From Octopus sinensis (Eukaryota): a DNA stretch of 64,000 bases. Positions 25,072 through 37,230 of the stretch are shown in pieces. Numbering within the stretch: position 1 is the first letter of the stretch; each line of letters begins with the position of its first letter. The notes beneath the pieces were generated by a model, which was not told the origin of the DNA, did not search any database, and was given only the letters and a program-made list of their open reading frames with translations. A program made the translations under genes and the position numbers. The stretch is from NCBI RefSeq assembly GCF_006345805.1, contig NC_043003.1, forward strand, positions 71,858,001 through 71,922,000, written 5' to 3'.

Positions 25072-26830
25072 TATAGAAAGAACCTTATGAAAAACTCCTG
25101 GAATTCAAAACCATACTAAACAACATACATCCCAACATCCAATTCACTATGGAATTAAGCAAACATCATCTCCCATTCCTTGATCTCCTAATTATAAAAA
25201 CACCTAAGAACCAAATCATAACAGACATCTACCACAAACCTACAGACTCACAACAATACCTCCTCTTTAGTTCATGCCACCCAAAACACACCAAGACAAA
25301 TATCCCTTTCAATTTAGCTAAAAGGGTATGCACCATTGTCTCGGATCCAAAAACACGAGAAATACGCCTTCAAGACCTCAAAAAAACACTATTACAACGT
25401 CAATATCCCTCCACCCTTATAGAGTATGGAATAAAACGCGCCAAAGAACTAGACAACACTACACTGAAAACCACCCAACCTAACACCACACACAACCTCA
25501 AAATACTTCCATACATTTCCACCCACAACCCCAAAAATATCGAAGCATACACGACAATCATACAAAACCTCAGTCTACTGTCAACAGACCCAAAAATGAA
25601 AAACATTATAAATACACACAAAATCCTCAAATGCAAAAGGCAACACAAATCTTTAAAAAAACTCTTGACAAATGCCAAACTTCACACCACATCCACCCCC
25701 AACAGTAAAAAAATGTGCAAGCTCAAACTGTGGTACCTGCCCCTTTCTACTTGAAGGCTCTGAATTTACCTTCAAACAAGGTACGAAGTTTAAAATCAAG
25801 ACTAACTTCTCCTGTTCCTCCGAGAACCTTATCTACGTTCTCACATGCGCTGGTTGCCAACATAATTATGTTGGACAAACGAGTCTCCCGTTACGTAAAC
25901 GAGTAACGGTGCATAAAGAACAAATAAATCTCCCGGAATACCGACAAATTCCACTGAGTGACCACTTAGACTCATGTGCTAAAGACTTAAACCCCAAATT
26001 CTATATATTCCCCTTCTACCAATGTAAAGACGGGATCACCACACAGGAGAGAATTAACAAGGAGAATCTCTTTATTGAAAAATTCCAAACACAACTTAAT
26101 ATGCAAACTCCTCGTTGATCAAACTTCCTTTCTCTACCTCACTCTTCATGGATGGACTAACACAAATATATAAAGATACCATGCATTCATCACTTCAAGC
26201 TAAAACTTTTATTCTTTAAATATCATTTTTACTATTGTTGTTATTACTATCATTTTTATTATAAATGATATGACAATTTGAAATGCAATTGTCTATGCAG
26301 ATTTATATTATTAGAAATAATATAAATAAAGTGTTAAAATCTGAAAGTTAAGTTAACAAGCAATTATATAAAAAAGATAATGCAAATGAAGCTAAAATGA
26401 TAGTTTTATAATTTGGGTTTTATTGAAGAACTCAAAAGAGTTGTCTCCCCTTACTCACAACACAGGAACTGAAGAACCAGGACCACAATTACTACTACTT
26501 CCTGTCCTGCAAACATGCTGAATTTAACAACACAACACAACACATGCTCTTAATCCCTTTGGATCTTAACACCTCAAGGTAATTTTTTCGTAAACTCAAG
26601 ATACACAACGAACTCACAATGTATCGGAGAACTTATTTTTTAATTTTTGTACATTTTTATCATTATTCTTTTACAAAAAACAATGCAATTTTCTTTTTTT
26701 CCCCTTTCTAATTTTTAAAAAAACTTCTTAAAACATAAATATTCTTGACAAGTCATACAATGACGAAAACCGGTTGAATAAATATATATTTATATATTTT
26801 ATCAATTTCTCATTTTATTAAAATTTTCTT
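25070..26830 (+). mobile_element. 5'-truncated Penelope-like element (RT thumb + GIY-YIG endonuclease + 3' region)
   Basis: 25149-25754 LPFLD..TDIYHKPTDSQQYLLFSSCHP..IPF; frameshift; 25672-26118 NLIYVLTC..C..YVGQT..LRKRV..H (GIY-YIG); (TA)n on both sides. Confidence 0.92.
26740..26780 (+). ncRNA. Degenerate minimal type I hammerhead ribozyme in the Penelope 3' region
   Basis: TATTC-TTGACAA-GTCAT(ACA)ATGAC-GAA(A)-ACCGGT-T-GAATA: stems I and II intact, palindromic stem III; core differs from CTGANGA at two positions. Confidence 0.6.
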
Positions 26831-26914
26831 TCATTTGAGCATTCTGCATTTTTAAAATAATTTTTCCTTACTTATCATTTCTCCACGTGCGGTCAACACA
26901 ACCCCACCATTTAT

Positions 26915-26953
<39 letters not shown>

Positions 26954-27187
26954 CATACATAGATGCGTGTGTGTGTGCACACATAAAATGGCTGGTATCA
27001 CATTGGTGCGAAATGCAATTAAGCAAAAATTAACGTCAACATATATATCTTACTTTCTTTCTTTTTTTTCTCGTTTTGTTTCCTTTTTTCGTTCTTCGGT
27101 TCTCTCTATCTCCTCCACTTGGCAGTACTTAAGTCTCTACTCAACAATTTCAAGTACTGTGGTTGTTCTTCCTCATACTGAAAGTTC

Positions 27188-27188
27188 A

Positions 27189-27227
<39 letters not shown>

Positions 27228-27258
27228 CACTACCACCACCACCACCACCACCACCACC

Positions 27259-27313
<55 letters not shown>
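27188..27313. repeat. (TAC)n(CAC)n(TAC)n compound microsatellite
   Basis: Direct reading; flank 27314-27370 is the reverse complement of 16045-16100. Confidence 0.9.
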
Positions 27314-27314
<1 letters not shown>

Positions 27315-28085
27315 AGTAAGAAATATTTTATCACTGCTTTAAGTAGTGGCCAATGATGTCATTGATTGGTCGGTGCATTCCCAGGTTAGTACAACCATCC
27401 ATCCATCCATCCATGCACCCATACTCTCCCGCGCTCATGCATACAAGACTTCTTGTCATAGTGAGGAACCATTATCATCGAGGAACTATCTGAAGAAAGC
27501 ATATCTTCAACATAGCTACGATTGCATCCCAGCGACGGGCTATTCTCTTCAATGCTATGATACTTCATTTCTCAACAATTACAAATTCCTAAGCCCAGGT
27601 GAGGTCTACCATGGTACATATGGGACAGTGCTGCTGCTGCTGCATCGACAGACATCCTAGACTGCATCCAGGAAAGGACCACCTGACTTATTGAAATGAA
27701 GTAGACACATGCTAGCTATCTTTCTACCTCTATTATTATGGCCACTGCCCTTTTGATCTGTCTGAGCTCATACCACCTATACACAGATATTCCCATTCCA
27801 CTCACCTCTCCTCTTCTCATCATCCTTTTTGTGTCCATGTTCCACCCAGACCACACAAAAGTCACTTTCCCCAGATTTTCCTCCTCAGATTATCTTCCAT
27901 CTAGATTCACCTTACTGATCATGTCTTCCCTGCAGATGTTGACTGGCGGAGGTATTTTAATGGCATCAATCTCACTGGTCTAAGAGGGCTTTCACAAGCA
28001 CTCATTGTGTTGCCTTTTCCTCCAGCCACAGCACGTAGAAAAAAATGTACTGTATATGTACAAAACATATGATGGAGATGTGCTG

Positions 28086-28870
28086 TACGAGGGGATACCC
28101 AAAAGAAACCGGAATTTGGCCATATTATTTCATTCGCTTAGTCTTACATTTTACGCTTTTATCGCCTTCAAAGTATTCACCATTTGAATCAATGCCTCGG
28201 TCCAGGCACATTTTCCACTATTCGAAGCAGTGGTGGAACTATTGCGAAGTGATGCCTTTTAATGTCTCTGATCTTCACCTCTTCCACATCTGCAAATTCC
28301 GTAGTACCGGCTTTCGTCACCAGTGATGAGCTTCGAAAGAAGGTCTGAATCAACTTCCAAGTGTTCTTTCAGTTCACGATACGCATTCAGTCGTGACTGC
28401 TTTTGATATTCCGTGAGCAAGCAAGGCACAAATTTCTCGTTCAAAATTCGTTAGCAGGGGCTCCAGGACACACCAGTCAAATCAACAAGTTCGTCAATTA
28501 TTCGGCGATGGTCCTCCAAGATCAGTTCATGAATTTTCATGATGTTTTCATTCGTTCGGGAGGTCGACGGTCGTTCTGTACAAGGTTGGTTTTCAAATGA
28601 CAAACAACCATTCCTAAAGCGTGAAAATCACTCGTAAACTTAGGTTTCGCTCATGGCAGCGTCCTTGTAAGCTGTTTGAAGCATGACAACCGTTTCCGCC
28701 GCCGTTTTCCCTAGTAGGAAACAACATTTTACGGAAGCACGCTGTTCCTTCGTTTCAGCCATCGCAGCACTGCAAAACAAAGACACACCACGTGACAGTA
28801 CTACTTCACCCGATAGCGCCGGTTGGCAAAAGTTTTTCAAGTTACATAGCACGACACCTACAAATATTTA
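28086..28870 (-). mobile_element. Internally deleted mariner transposon relic
   Basis: TA + CGAGGGGATACCCAAAAGAAACCGGAAT terminus; ATG 28762 MAETKEQRA.VK.CFLLGKTAAET..; ITGDES; C-terminal NGEYFEGDK; middle of catalytic domain missing. Confidence 0.85.
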
Positions 28871-29812
28871 CAAGCATTAAGAAGACAGAGCAAAGAAAGT
28901 ACAAAATATTTAGATCAATCGCAGGTATCATATCAAAGACAAAAACTGTAGTATACGTTAAATCTACAATGAACTGTGTTAGTCGTAATTTCTTATAACA
29001 AATCGAATAAACGACAAAGTACGCAGCACAAGCTGCTACGTGCCGTCACAGTTTGGCCGCAAAACACCCCCATTCTATATACGCAACGAAACAAAACTGC
29101 TAAAAATCAATGTCCGCATGAGCATAACCGCGACACAGCTGTGAATTTCAACCCACAAAGTCCATGCCATTACATGAATAACCCAGGTGCGGTCCCAGTA
29201 ATTTCTCGACGGGAGGGCACTAAGTCCGAAGGGAATACAATTCCAGGAGAAAAGGAGAAAATGGCATAGTAACATTATTTGGAAGGGCGCACTTCTTTCC
29301 TTGGTGGTGGTGGAGGTGGGGAACTTGCCTCTCGCCCCTACTTTCGGGTCCGCTCCTATAACCACCCCTCAAACTCTCAGAAATAGATCTCTTCCACGGC
29401 ATCATTTTATAACCATTGTCTTTCCCATTCATCTCCAACACATACGTACTAAGATAGAAAGACCAATAGCTTCACTATCCCCACGCCAACAATAACTTCA
29501 GCGGAGTAGTAACTCCATCTCCACACCTCAGATCAAGTTATCCCTTTGCTTCGCTTTCTCTTTGATCCTATCAGAATTTACAAATATACAGAACTAGTTT
29601 CGATAATGTATAATATGGCACGCTTCTCGTTCGTTTCACTGCATTTCGTAACGTGTAGTGTGATCTTCAGCTAGGACAGAAACCATGGCTTATTAAAAGC
29701 CATAGACCTGATGGTCATCAAGTCAAACGTCTAGGTACCATATGTCTATTCAATAGGAGCTTGAGATAATCTAGAGCTATACAATAGCAATAGCATATCA
29801 AAACATCATCCG

Positions 29813-29862
<50 letters not shown>

Positions 29863-30664
29863 AGTTTGCGAAATATTTTACTCATCATGCATATGTGTGC
29901 GCTTCTGTTTATTCATATGCGCACGAGTGCGTGCACGCGTGTGTGTGTGTATGTGTGTGTGTGTATGTGTGTGTGTGTGTGTGTGTATAAGTGTGTGTGT
30001 GTGTGTTAAGCGCGTGTATGATGTCAATATTTATAATATTCATATTCAAGACAATTCATCCCCATAAACTTCAGTCAAAACAGGTCTTTTAAGTGACTGA
30101 CTCCCACATTAACCACAGGATCCATTTATGAACCAAAAGACGTGTTTCTTCTGTCAGCTCTAATCTAAAGTTTCTTGTCTCTATGAACAAGCTAACTAAA
30201 AACTCTGGGCAAACAAAGACGAGTGATTACAATACCCTGCTTTAATCAGTTAGTCGTTATGTGGAATAAAAACAGTTTGTTCCCAGCTTCTTAACATCTC
30301 ATACTGAATGTTGTGGTTCAATAAAATATCGTCTATAGTGTAAGAAATCCTGATACACACCACTGATAGAATGAGTTAGCTTGTAAAACAGAAGTGTAAG
30401 AAGACTATAAAGATATCAGTGCAACATAACTTTAATATACGTTATAATTGTTTCAGCAGTGTTCCACTTCGGCTAACGTTAGAGACAAATAATTATGTGT
30501 GGTTAATTAGTCAGGACTTGTATTAATTTCGCATGGCTGAAATAGTGAGGAATGACACCTCGTTAGATGCTTATTAAATTTATGATATGCGTAAGGGTAT
30601 ATTTTCCGCTGAAAAATAAGGATACCACTCCTATTACTACAGGCAGTAATAAGTAACAATATTA

Positions 30665-30848
30665 AAGCACGAAGCCTTAAATTTGGGGGAGCGGTCTAGT
30701 CGACTACACCGACCCCCGTAATTACTGGTACTTGTTTTATTGATTCCAAAGGATGAATGAAAAAGTCAACCGCAGTAGAATTTGAATTCGGAACATAATG
30801 ACGAAAGGAATGCGGCTTGGCATTTTGTGCGGCGTTTTAACGATTCTG
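30665..30848 (-). mobile_element. SINE family 2 copy, older
   Basis: GGATGAATGAAAAAGTCAACCGCAGTAGAATTTGAATTCGGAAC. Confidence 0.7.
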
Positions 30849-31187
30849 CTATAATAATAGTATCTTTTCTTTTCATTATTTGCCACAAGGGCTGAACACA
30901 AAAAGGATGATACAAAAATAATGGACAAGTGGGGCTTAACACAAAAACACGCAAACAATTATATAACAATTAACAATTAACAAGATACATTAAAATATAT
31001 GTTTGCAACCAAAACTAACTTAAAAACCTAGATTTAATGTAAATTTGGGAATTAAAACCCATAAACCCATCATTGCTACCCCCCCCCCCAGATCTGGGTG
31101 GAAAAACTCATCAGTGGCATCAGAACCATCTCACACTTTTCAAAGACTTCTGTCAAGACGTGCTTCCTCGCGGACTTTTTAAAGACT

Positions 31188-31243
31188 GTTACTATGGCAA
31201 CAGGCAAAAAAGTTCTAATGTTTCCGCTAGTTACTATCGGAAC
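31188..31243. promoter_or_regulatory. Two candidate RFX X-box motifs
   Basis: GTTACTATGGCAAC (31188-31201) fits RYYNYYWWRRNRAC; GTTACTATCGGAAC (31230-31243) has one mismatch; ATTGG at ~31269. Confidence 0.4.
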
Positions 31244-31629
31244 AGAGATGAATGTGTCTGGCTTACAATTGGCTAAAATTATCAAAATTTTCAAACTTTA
31301 ATGGCTAATAACTCTCTATTTATTGACTTATAGCAAAACTTACTTTCACGTCATTAATTATTCTATAAATCATTAATTATTACACTGAATATGAAATCAA
31401 TTCCAACAGAAAACTGATGCTGGCAACCAAACAGAAAAGATCCAAAACTTGTTTAGAACTTAGGATCGACTGTTACAATATATAGGAACACCAGGGTAGC
31501 TTATGTCTTAGACATCACTACAGAATTTCACTCCTACCACAAACCGAATGAAAATTGCAAGTATGTTAAGATAATCTTTGACCATCTTAGAACAGTAATT
31601 CTATAGTTAAGAGTGTTTCTTCTAAAATA

Positions 31630-31870
31630 CCACCACCGCCGCTGCTGCCACCACCGCCGCTGCTGCCGCCGCTACCGCCGCTGCCGCCGCTGCCGCCGCT
31701 ACTACCGCCGTTACCGCCGCTACCGCCGCTGCCGCCGCTGCCGCCGCTGCCGCCGCTGCCGCCGCTGCCGCCGCTGCCGCCGCTACTACCGCCGCCGCCG
31801 CTGCCGCTGCCGCCGCCACCACCGCCGCTACAACCACCACCACCACCACCACCACCACCACCACCACCAC
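31630..31870. repeat. GC-rich compound (CCG/CTG/CTA/CCA)n trinucleotide repeat
   Basis: Direct reading. Confidence 0.95.
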
Positions 31871-32417
31871 ACTGAATACCTTTGTTTAACCAGAGCTGAG
31901 GCGGGTCCGCACAACAGCAGCAACAGCAACAACGATGACGACGACATTATAAGTATATATAATTGCTAGCAGAAACTGTTACACTGTCGTCCAAATATTC
32001 CACCTAGTATCCTACATAAAAACATCATCGTCATTATCACCACTATCAATTTCATCAGAACCACAGTCCCTCCCATCACCACCATCGTCTAGATAACCAG
32101 ATAGCCATCTTGTTAGCCAGCTTGTAGATCACAGTTTCTCTTATATCTCACACATTTTATGTTTTTGGTAGTGTTGGCCGTCCTACTTATATTACACTAC
32201 ATAACTGTTATTTCTAACGCCAAATAAATTAGTTGTAAGCTAAACTTGAAATTGGAATGAAACTATTTCATTTGTCAAATCTCACTGCTTTTCTTTTACG
32301 TCTTTGCATATTCTCGGTGTTATTTCTCAAATTATACAGATTAATGGACTAACGTTATTATGGATAGTCCTATCAGAAATGACCTATAAACTGTGATGCC
32401 AATATTTTTATAATTTT

Positions 32418-32640
32418 AAGGCGGTGGGTAAGCTGGAAGAATCGTTAGCATGCCGGACAAAATGCGTAGCGGCATTTCATCCGTCGTCATGTTCTGTGTT
32501 AAAATTCAGCCGAGTTTGACTTTGTCTTTCATCCTTTTGGGGTCGATAAAATAAGTACCAGTCGAACACGGGGGTCGATGTAATCGATTTACTCCCACGC
32601 CTGAAATTGATGATCACATGCCAAAATTTGAAATCAATAT
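32418..32640 (+). mobile_element. SINE family 2 copy
   Basis: AAGGCGG..GAATCGTTAGCATGCCGG..CTTTCATCCTTTTGGGGTCGATAAAATAAGTACCAG. Confidence 0.85.
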
Positions 32641-33489
32641 TTCTGTAATTTCTTTATTCTAGATGTGTTGTTGTTATACTTATAACATTTGCATTTTGTT
32701 TCCGGATGAAAGATTTTTGCAATATTTACACAGAATTTTTACTGGTTTCACTAGTGAAAGTCTAGTGGATAAGAACGATATCACCCATAATTTATGAATA
32801 AGAGTTTCAATCTCAAATTCAATCAGGAATTATGTAACACAGCTTGGAATAATGATGAAAGGTAGAGATTTATCTGATGGAAAGTAAATCTAAGTTTACA
32901 TTCAAAAATAGTTATATCTTTTCGATATGGCAAGAGAACGAACAATAATAAACTTATAACTATAAAGACTTGTGATTTCTCCTATCGAAGCATTTTATAT
33001 AATGTAAAGAAATGGTTAATTGGTTAAAGATGGGGGATGGGTAAAGTAAAACAAAAGAAAATAAAAATTAAATTTAAAATCTTTTTCATAACCATGTATG
33101 TGCGTGCGTGCGTGTATGCTTGTATAGATGCTCACAAACACACACACACACGTATACACACACACACATACAGATACAGGTATATAACATAACCACATAT
33201 ATTCAAGCACGTCCCCACAATACTAAACCATACACTACATGCAAATATTCATTTGCCATTCATCGTTCGCAACCAACCGAAATTATCTAATTAAAAATAA
33301 AGGAAGCTTAATTTCTTACTTTTGTTTAAATGAAAATGTCTTCAAATATAATTCCTCTAACATCCTTTCATTTACTTTTCTGAAATTCTGTGAATGATTT
33401 GTTTTAATCAAACGTTTTCCTATCTCCCTATAGATAAGAGTTACCTACTTACGTCACATGTTCCTATTCCCCAATCAAAATTATTGACA

Positions 33490-34036
33490 CAGCTTTAGTA
33501 GCCCTTAATATCCTACATACTTCCTGCAGAAAAATAATACGATCCATTTCAAGTTTCACATCAATTTTAATACAATCTGTTACGTAATTCCTGGAGACGT
33601 TAATGCATTCGGCTACGCTTATCTTGTATCATATCAGTCCACTCCACACTTCTCAAAGACTTGGGTACAGCTCATTACACACTTCACATAGACTTGAAAA
33701 ACAGTCCACTTTACAGTCTATATAGACAAAACAATCCAGAAAACACTCCTATAGACGCCAGTAGAGCCCACTACTGAAGAACTTTAATGAAGTCCGCTAC
33801 GCACTCACTGACGATATTCATACATACTGCAACTCACACTTTCTGTAGATTTCATAACAGTTCATTTCACACTTTATATGAATTTTAAACATCACGAATA
33901 CGCACTTCATGTAGAATTTAGTGCAGTCTACTACGCATGTCATATAGTCCGCTACAAACATTCTGAAAATTATAATACAGCCCAATACATAATTCATGCA
34001 GAATTTAAAACATTCCATTAAACACTTCCAATAGTG
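33490..34036. repeat. Left part of degenerate ~33-bp tandem array
   Basis: Approximate consensus ACAGTCCACTACACACTTCCTGTAGACTTTAAT recurring with ~33-bp spacing. Confidence 0.7.
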
Positions 34037-34039
34037 TTT

Positions 34040-36166
34040 TCCAGGCAGGAAAGCAGTGAGAAATCCCCAAGACAACCCTGAAAAGATACCTGGAAGGCAA
34101 AGTGTCTTCCCCTAGCCAGCTTTCTTTTTGGCATTTTCAGTCAACAATAAAGAATCTTGAGGAGGAACTGGTAGAGCACTGCGTCTACCTGCAACGGACA
34201 TTTTATGGTCTCACTTCAAGAGGTTTGCGTTCCTTGGCTTTTGAGGTTGCTGAGACCAATAAGGTCCTCCATAAATTCAATAAAGAAAAAAGAAAAGCTG
34301 GAACAGACTGGCTGGTTTGTTTTTTAAAGCGTCACACAACACTGAGCCTGCGCACTGTTCAGTCAACGAGTGTTGGTTGTGCTGCAGCATTCAGCAGGGC
34401 CCAAGTTGGCAGATTTTTTGATGTTCTAAAAGAAGTTTACCAGCAGCACCATTTCACAGCTGATCGGATTTTCAACATCGATGAAACAGGTCTGTTCTCA
34501 GTGCAGAGAGTCCCAAAAGTCATCTCACTGAAGGGAGCGAAGCAGGTTGGACGAATTGTTAGTGCTGAGAAAGGACGAACTATGATAGCTACGTGTGCAA
34601 TGAGCATCACCGAACATTTCACACCACCTGTATTTATCTTCAAGAGGAAGCGCATAGCCGACCCATTGCTTCATGGAGCACCAGAAACTTCAGTTGCTTA
34701 AGGAAGCGAAAATGGATGGATTGATCAGGAAACATTTTCTAAATGGCCACGCCATTTCATTCAACATACAAATCCATCTGTTGAGAGAAAAGTGTTCCTC
34801 CTTTTGGACAATCACACACCAGCCACATTAACTTGGATGTAATTGAGCTTGCTCGCAAGCATGGCGTAATCATGGTATCAATTCCCCCTCATACCAACCA
34901 CAAGCTTCAGCCCTTAGACAGGACCTTTTTTGCGTCCCTCAAAACCAGGAAGTTGACAAGTGAATCATCAATCACCTAGGTCAGCGAGTAGATGACTTCA
35001 AAGTTACTGCCTTTTTTGGAGAGGCCTTCATACGAGCTGCAACAGTTCAAATTCCTGCAGTGGATTTCGCTGCACTGGAGTCTGGCCATACAATCCGAAT
35101 GTGTTTGGTGATGTCGATTTTATTTCGGCAGAAGTCACTGAAATTGCTGATCCCAAGGGAAGCCCAGCGCCATCACAGGAACAACCACAAGTAGATCCTG
35201 CACCCTCTCAGTCTTATGATCTTTCTGTCAAACTTGCAGATGGATGCAAAAGTCAAGAAGACACAGAGGTAGACTTACATAATTCACCACAACAAAGAAT
35301 CTCTATTGTTTCCTTGTCGCCTGTTCCACGAACTCAGGATACAGCAAGAAAAAGAAGAGCTCAAAAACTTCAGAGTGCCTCACCAGTTCACCTTTTAAAG
35401 ACTTTCTCTCAGCTAAAGCCATGAAAAAACCATCAACTAAACCAACAGCAAGGAGAAATGCTCGCAAAATGAAGACCCCTGGAAGTGTGCTGAAGACACC
35501 AGCTTGCACATCAAAAACAACAGACAAGGAGTTCCATTGCATTTTCTATGACGAACTTTATCAAGAACCCCCGACAGAAAATTGGATTGAATTCCAGATG
35601 TGCAGGGAATGGAGACATGAAAAGTGTGTTGGGGTTGAAATTGATGACGTTACATTCATTTGTGAACTTTACGTCCCCTAATCAGCTACCTTGCTGACAA
35701 GTCACATTGGACACTATTTCTGTGTCTTTAGAAAAAGAAAGAGAAAAAACCCCCATGAATGATCAGGAGTAGGATGGGTTTATAAACTGAGAGAAGGGAA
35801 CAGTATTTCTCATGATCATAGTTTACTTTCATTTATATCATTTTTCAGTTGTTTTATAAATAAAAGATGCATTCCAGTATATTACACACAAGTATGTATT
35901 TAAATATGGCAAAATATAATAAACATTCTTATGGGGCAAAACGGTCCAACCCTTTTGCTCCAGTGCTGGGGCAAAACGGACAACGTCTGATAAAAATTTC
36001 TTTTGCACATATCTATGCATGACTGTTTTCCAATTAATCATACAACGCAGAAACATGTGAATAGCTATTTTCTATGCACATAGCAATTTACATTAAGAGG
36101 TGTGCATTTTTGACGGAAATATCGAATTGTTTCCACAGGAGGTCCGTTTTGCCCCGTCTTCTACTA
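34040..36166 (+). mobile_element. pogo/Tigger-like DNA transposon (CENP-B-type HTH, DDE, C-terminal PHD-like finger); left end missing
   Basis: AGTDWLVCFLKRH, IFNIDETG, PPVFIF, NGWI, LLLDNH, LQPLD; C..C..W.H.KC..C finger remnant at 35500-35680; terminus CCGTTTTGCCCCGTCTTCTAC+TA; subterminal GGGGCAAAACGG at 35933 and 35968. Confidence 0.88.
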
Positions 36167-37230
36167 GTCCTCTAGACATTTCCTGTTGACTTTAATTTAC
36201 ATTGTTTGTAGTCTTTTATACACTCCACTACATACTTCGAATACTCTACGTCTTTAATCGACTATATTAAATATAGTTCATCAAACACGTCCTACAGGTA
36301 TTAAAATTGTCCTCTACATACTTCCTGTAGACTATAATACAGTCCTCTACACTATTCCTGTAGTATTTAACATTTTCAATAACATATTTCCTGCAGACTT
36401 TTACAAAATTCACTACACTTTTCCCGTAGATTTTAATATAGTAACTACACACTTCATGCATACGCACATACGGATCATGACGCGGTAACTGTGGACTTTA
36501 AAAGAGTCTGTTACACACTGCCTATAGACTTAGGTGTAGTCAACTACAATCTGTTGTTTTTAATACTGTCCATTAATCACGTTATACAAATTTCAATAGA
36601 GTTCACCACAGACTTTCTTTAGTTTTGCGTATAGTCCGCTGTGCATTTCATGGACATGTTTACAGTTCAGTTTACTCTGCCTGTTTTTTAATACAGTCCA
36701 ACGATATATTTTCATCAGATCTGTATAAATCCTGTAGATCTTATATACACTACGTGAAGTCTATGATGTAGTTCATAAAACGTTTCCTTTTGACTTTAAT
36801 GCAGTCCACTACATATATCCTACAGAGTTTAACACAGTGCATAAAACACATCATATAATCTTTAACATATAGTTCACAGCACACCTCCCGTAGCCTTTAT
36901 ATAACCCATTACGAAATTCCTGTAGGTATAAATACAGTCCTGTAGCGCTTGAAATTGATATACAACACTACAAACTTCCTGTAGATTTAGAAGCTTTCCA
37001 CTACGCACTTCCGTTGCTCATGTGTCCTGTTCAATATTCGCTTCTAATAGGTTTCAGTACAGTTCATTAGACAATTACTGTAGAGTTTGATACGATATAC
37101 AAAACACTTCTTGTTAACTTTAATACCATCCTATCGAAACTTTCAGTAGATTGGACCCAGTCCGCTAAACAGTTCCTCTGAAAATCATTTTCCACTACAC
37201 TTCCTGTCCACTACAAACTTCATGCAGTCT
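36165..37230. repeat. Right part of degenerate ~33-bp tandem array
   Basis: e.g. GTCCTCTACATACTTCCTGTAGACTATAATACA units at 36309-36440. Confidence 0.8.

Noticed and set aside
26468-26525. CTGAAGA..CAGGAC/GTCCTG..AAACATG hammerhead-like motif
   Set aside because: GAAA core broken and no stem I pairing
29590-29672. Minus-strand CTGAAGA..GAAA and GAAACTAGT motifs
   Set aside because: Stems do not close; the elements are not in a consistent hammerhead arrangement
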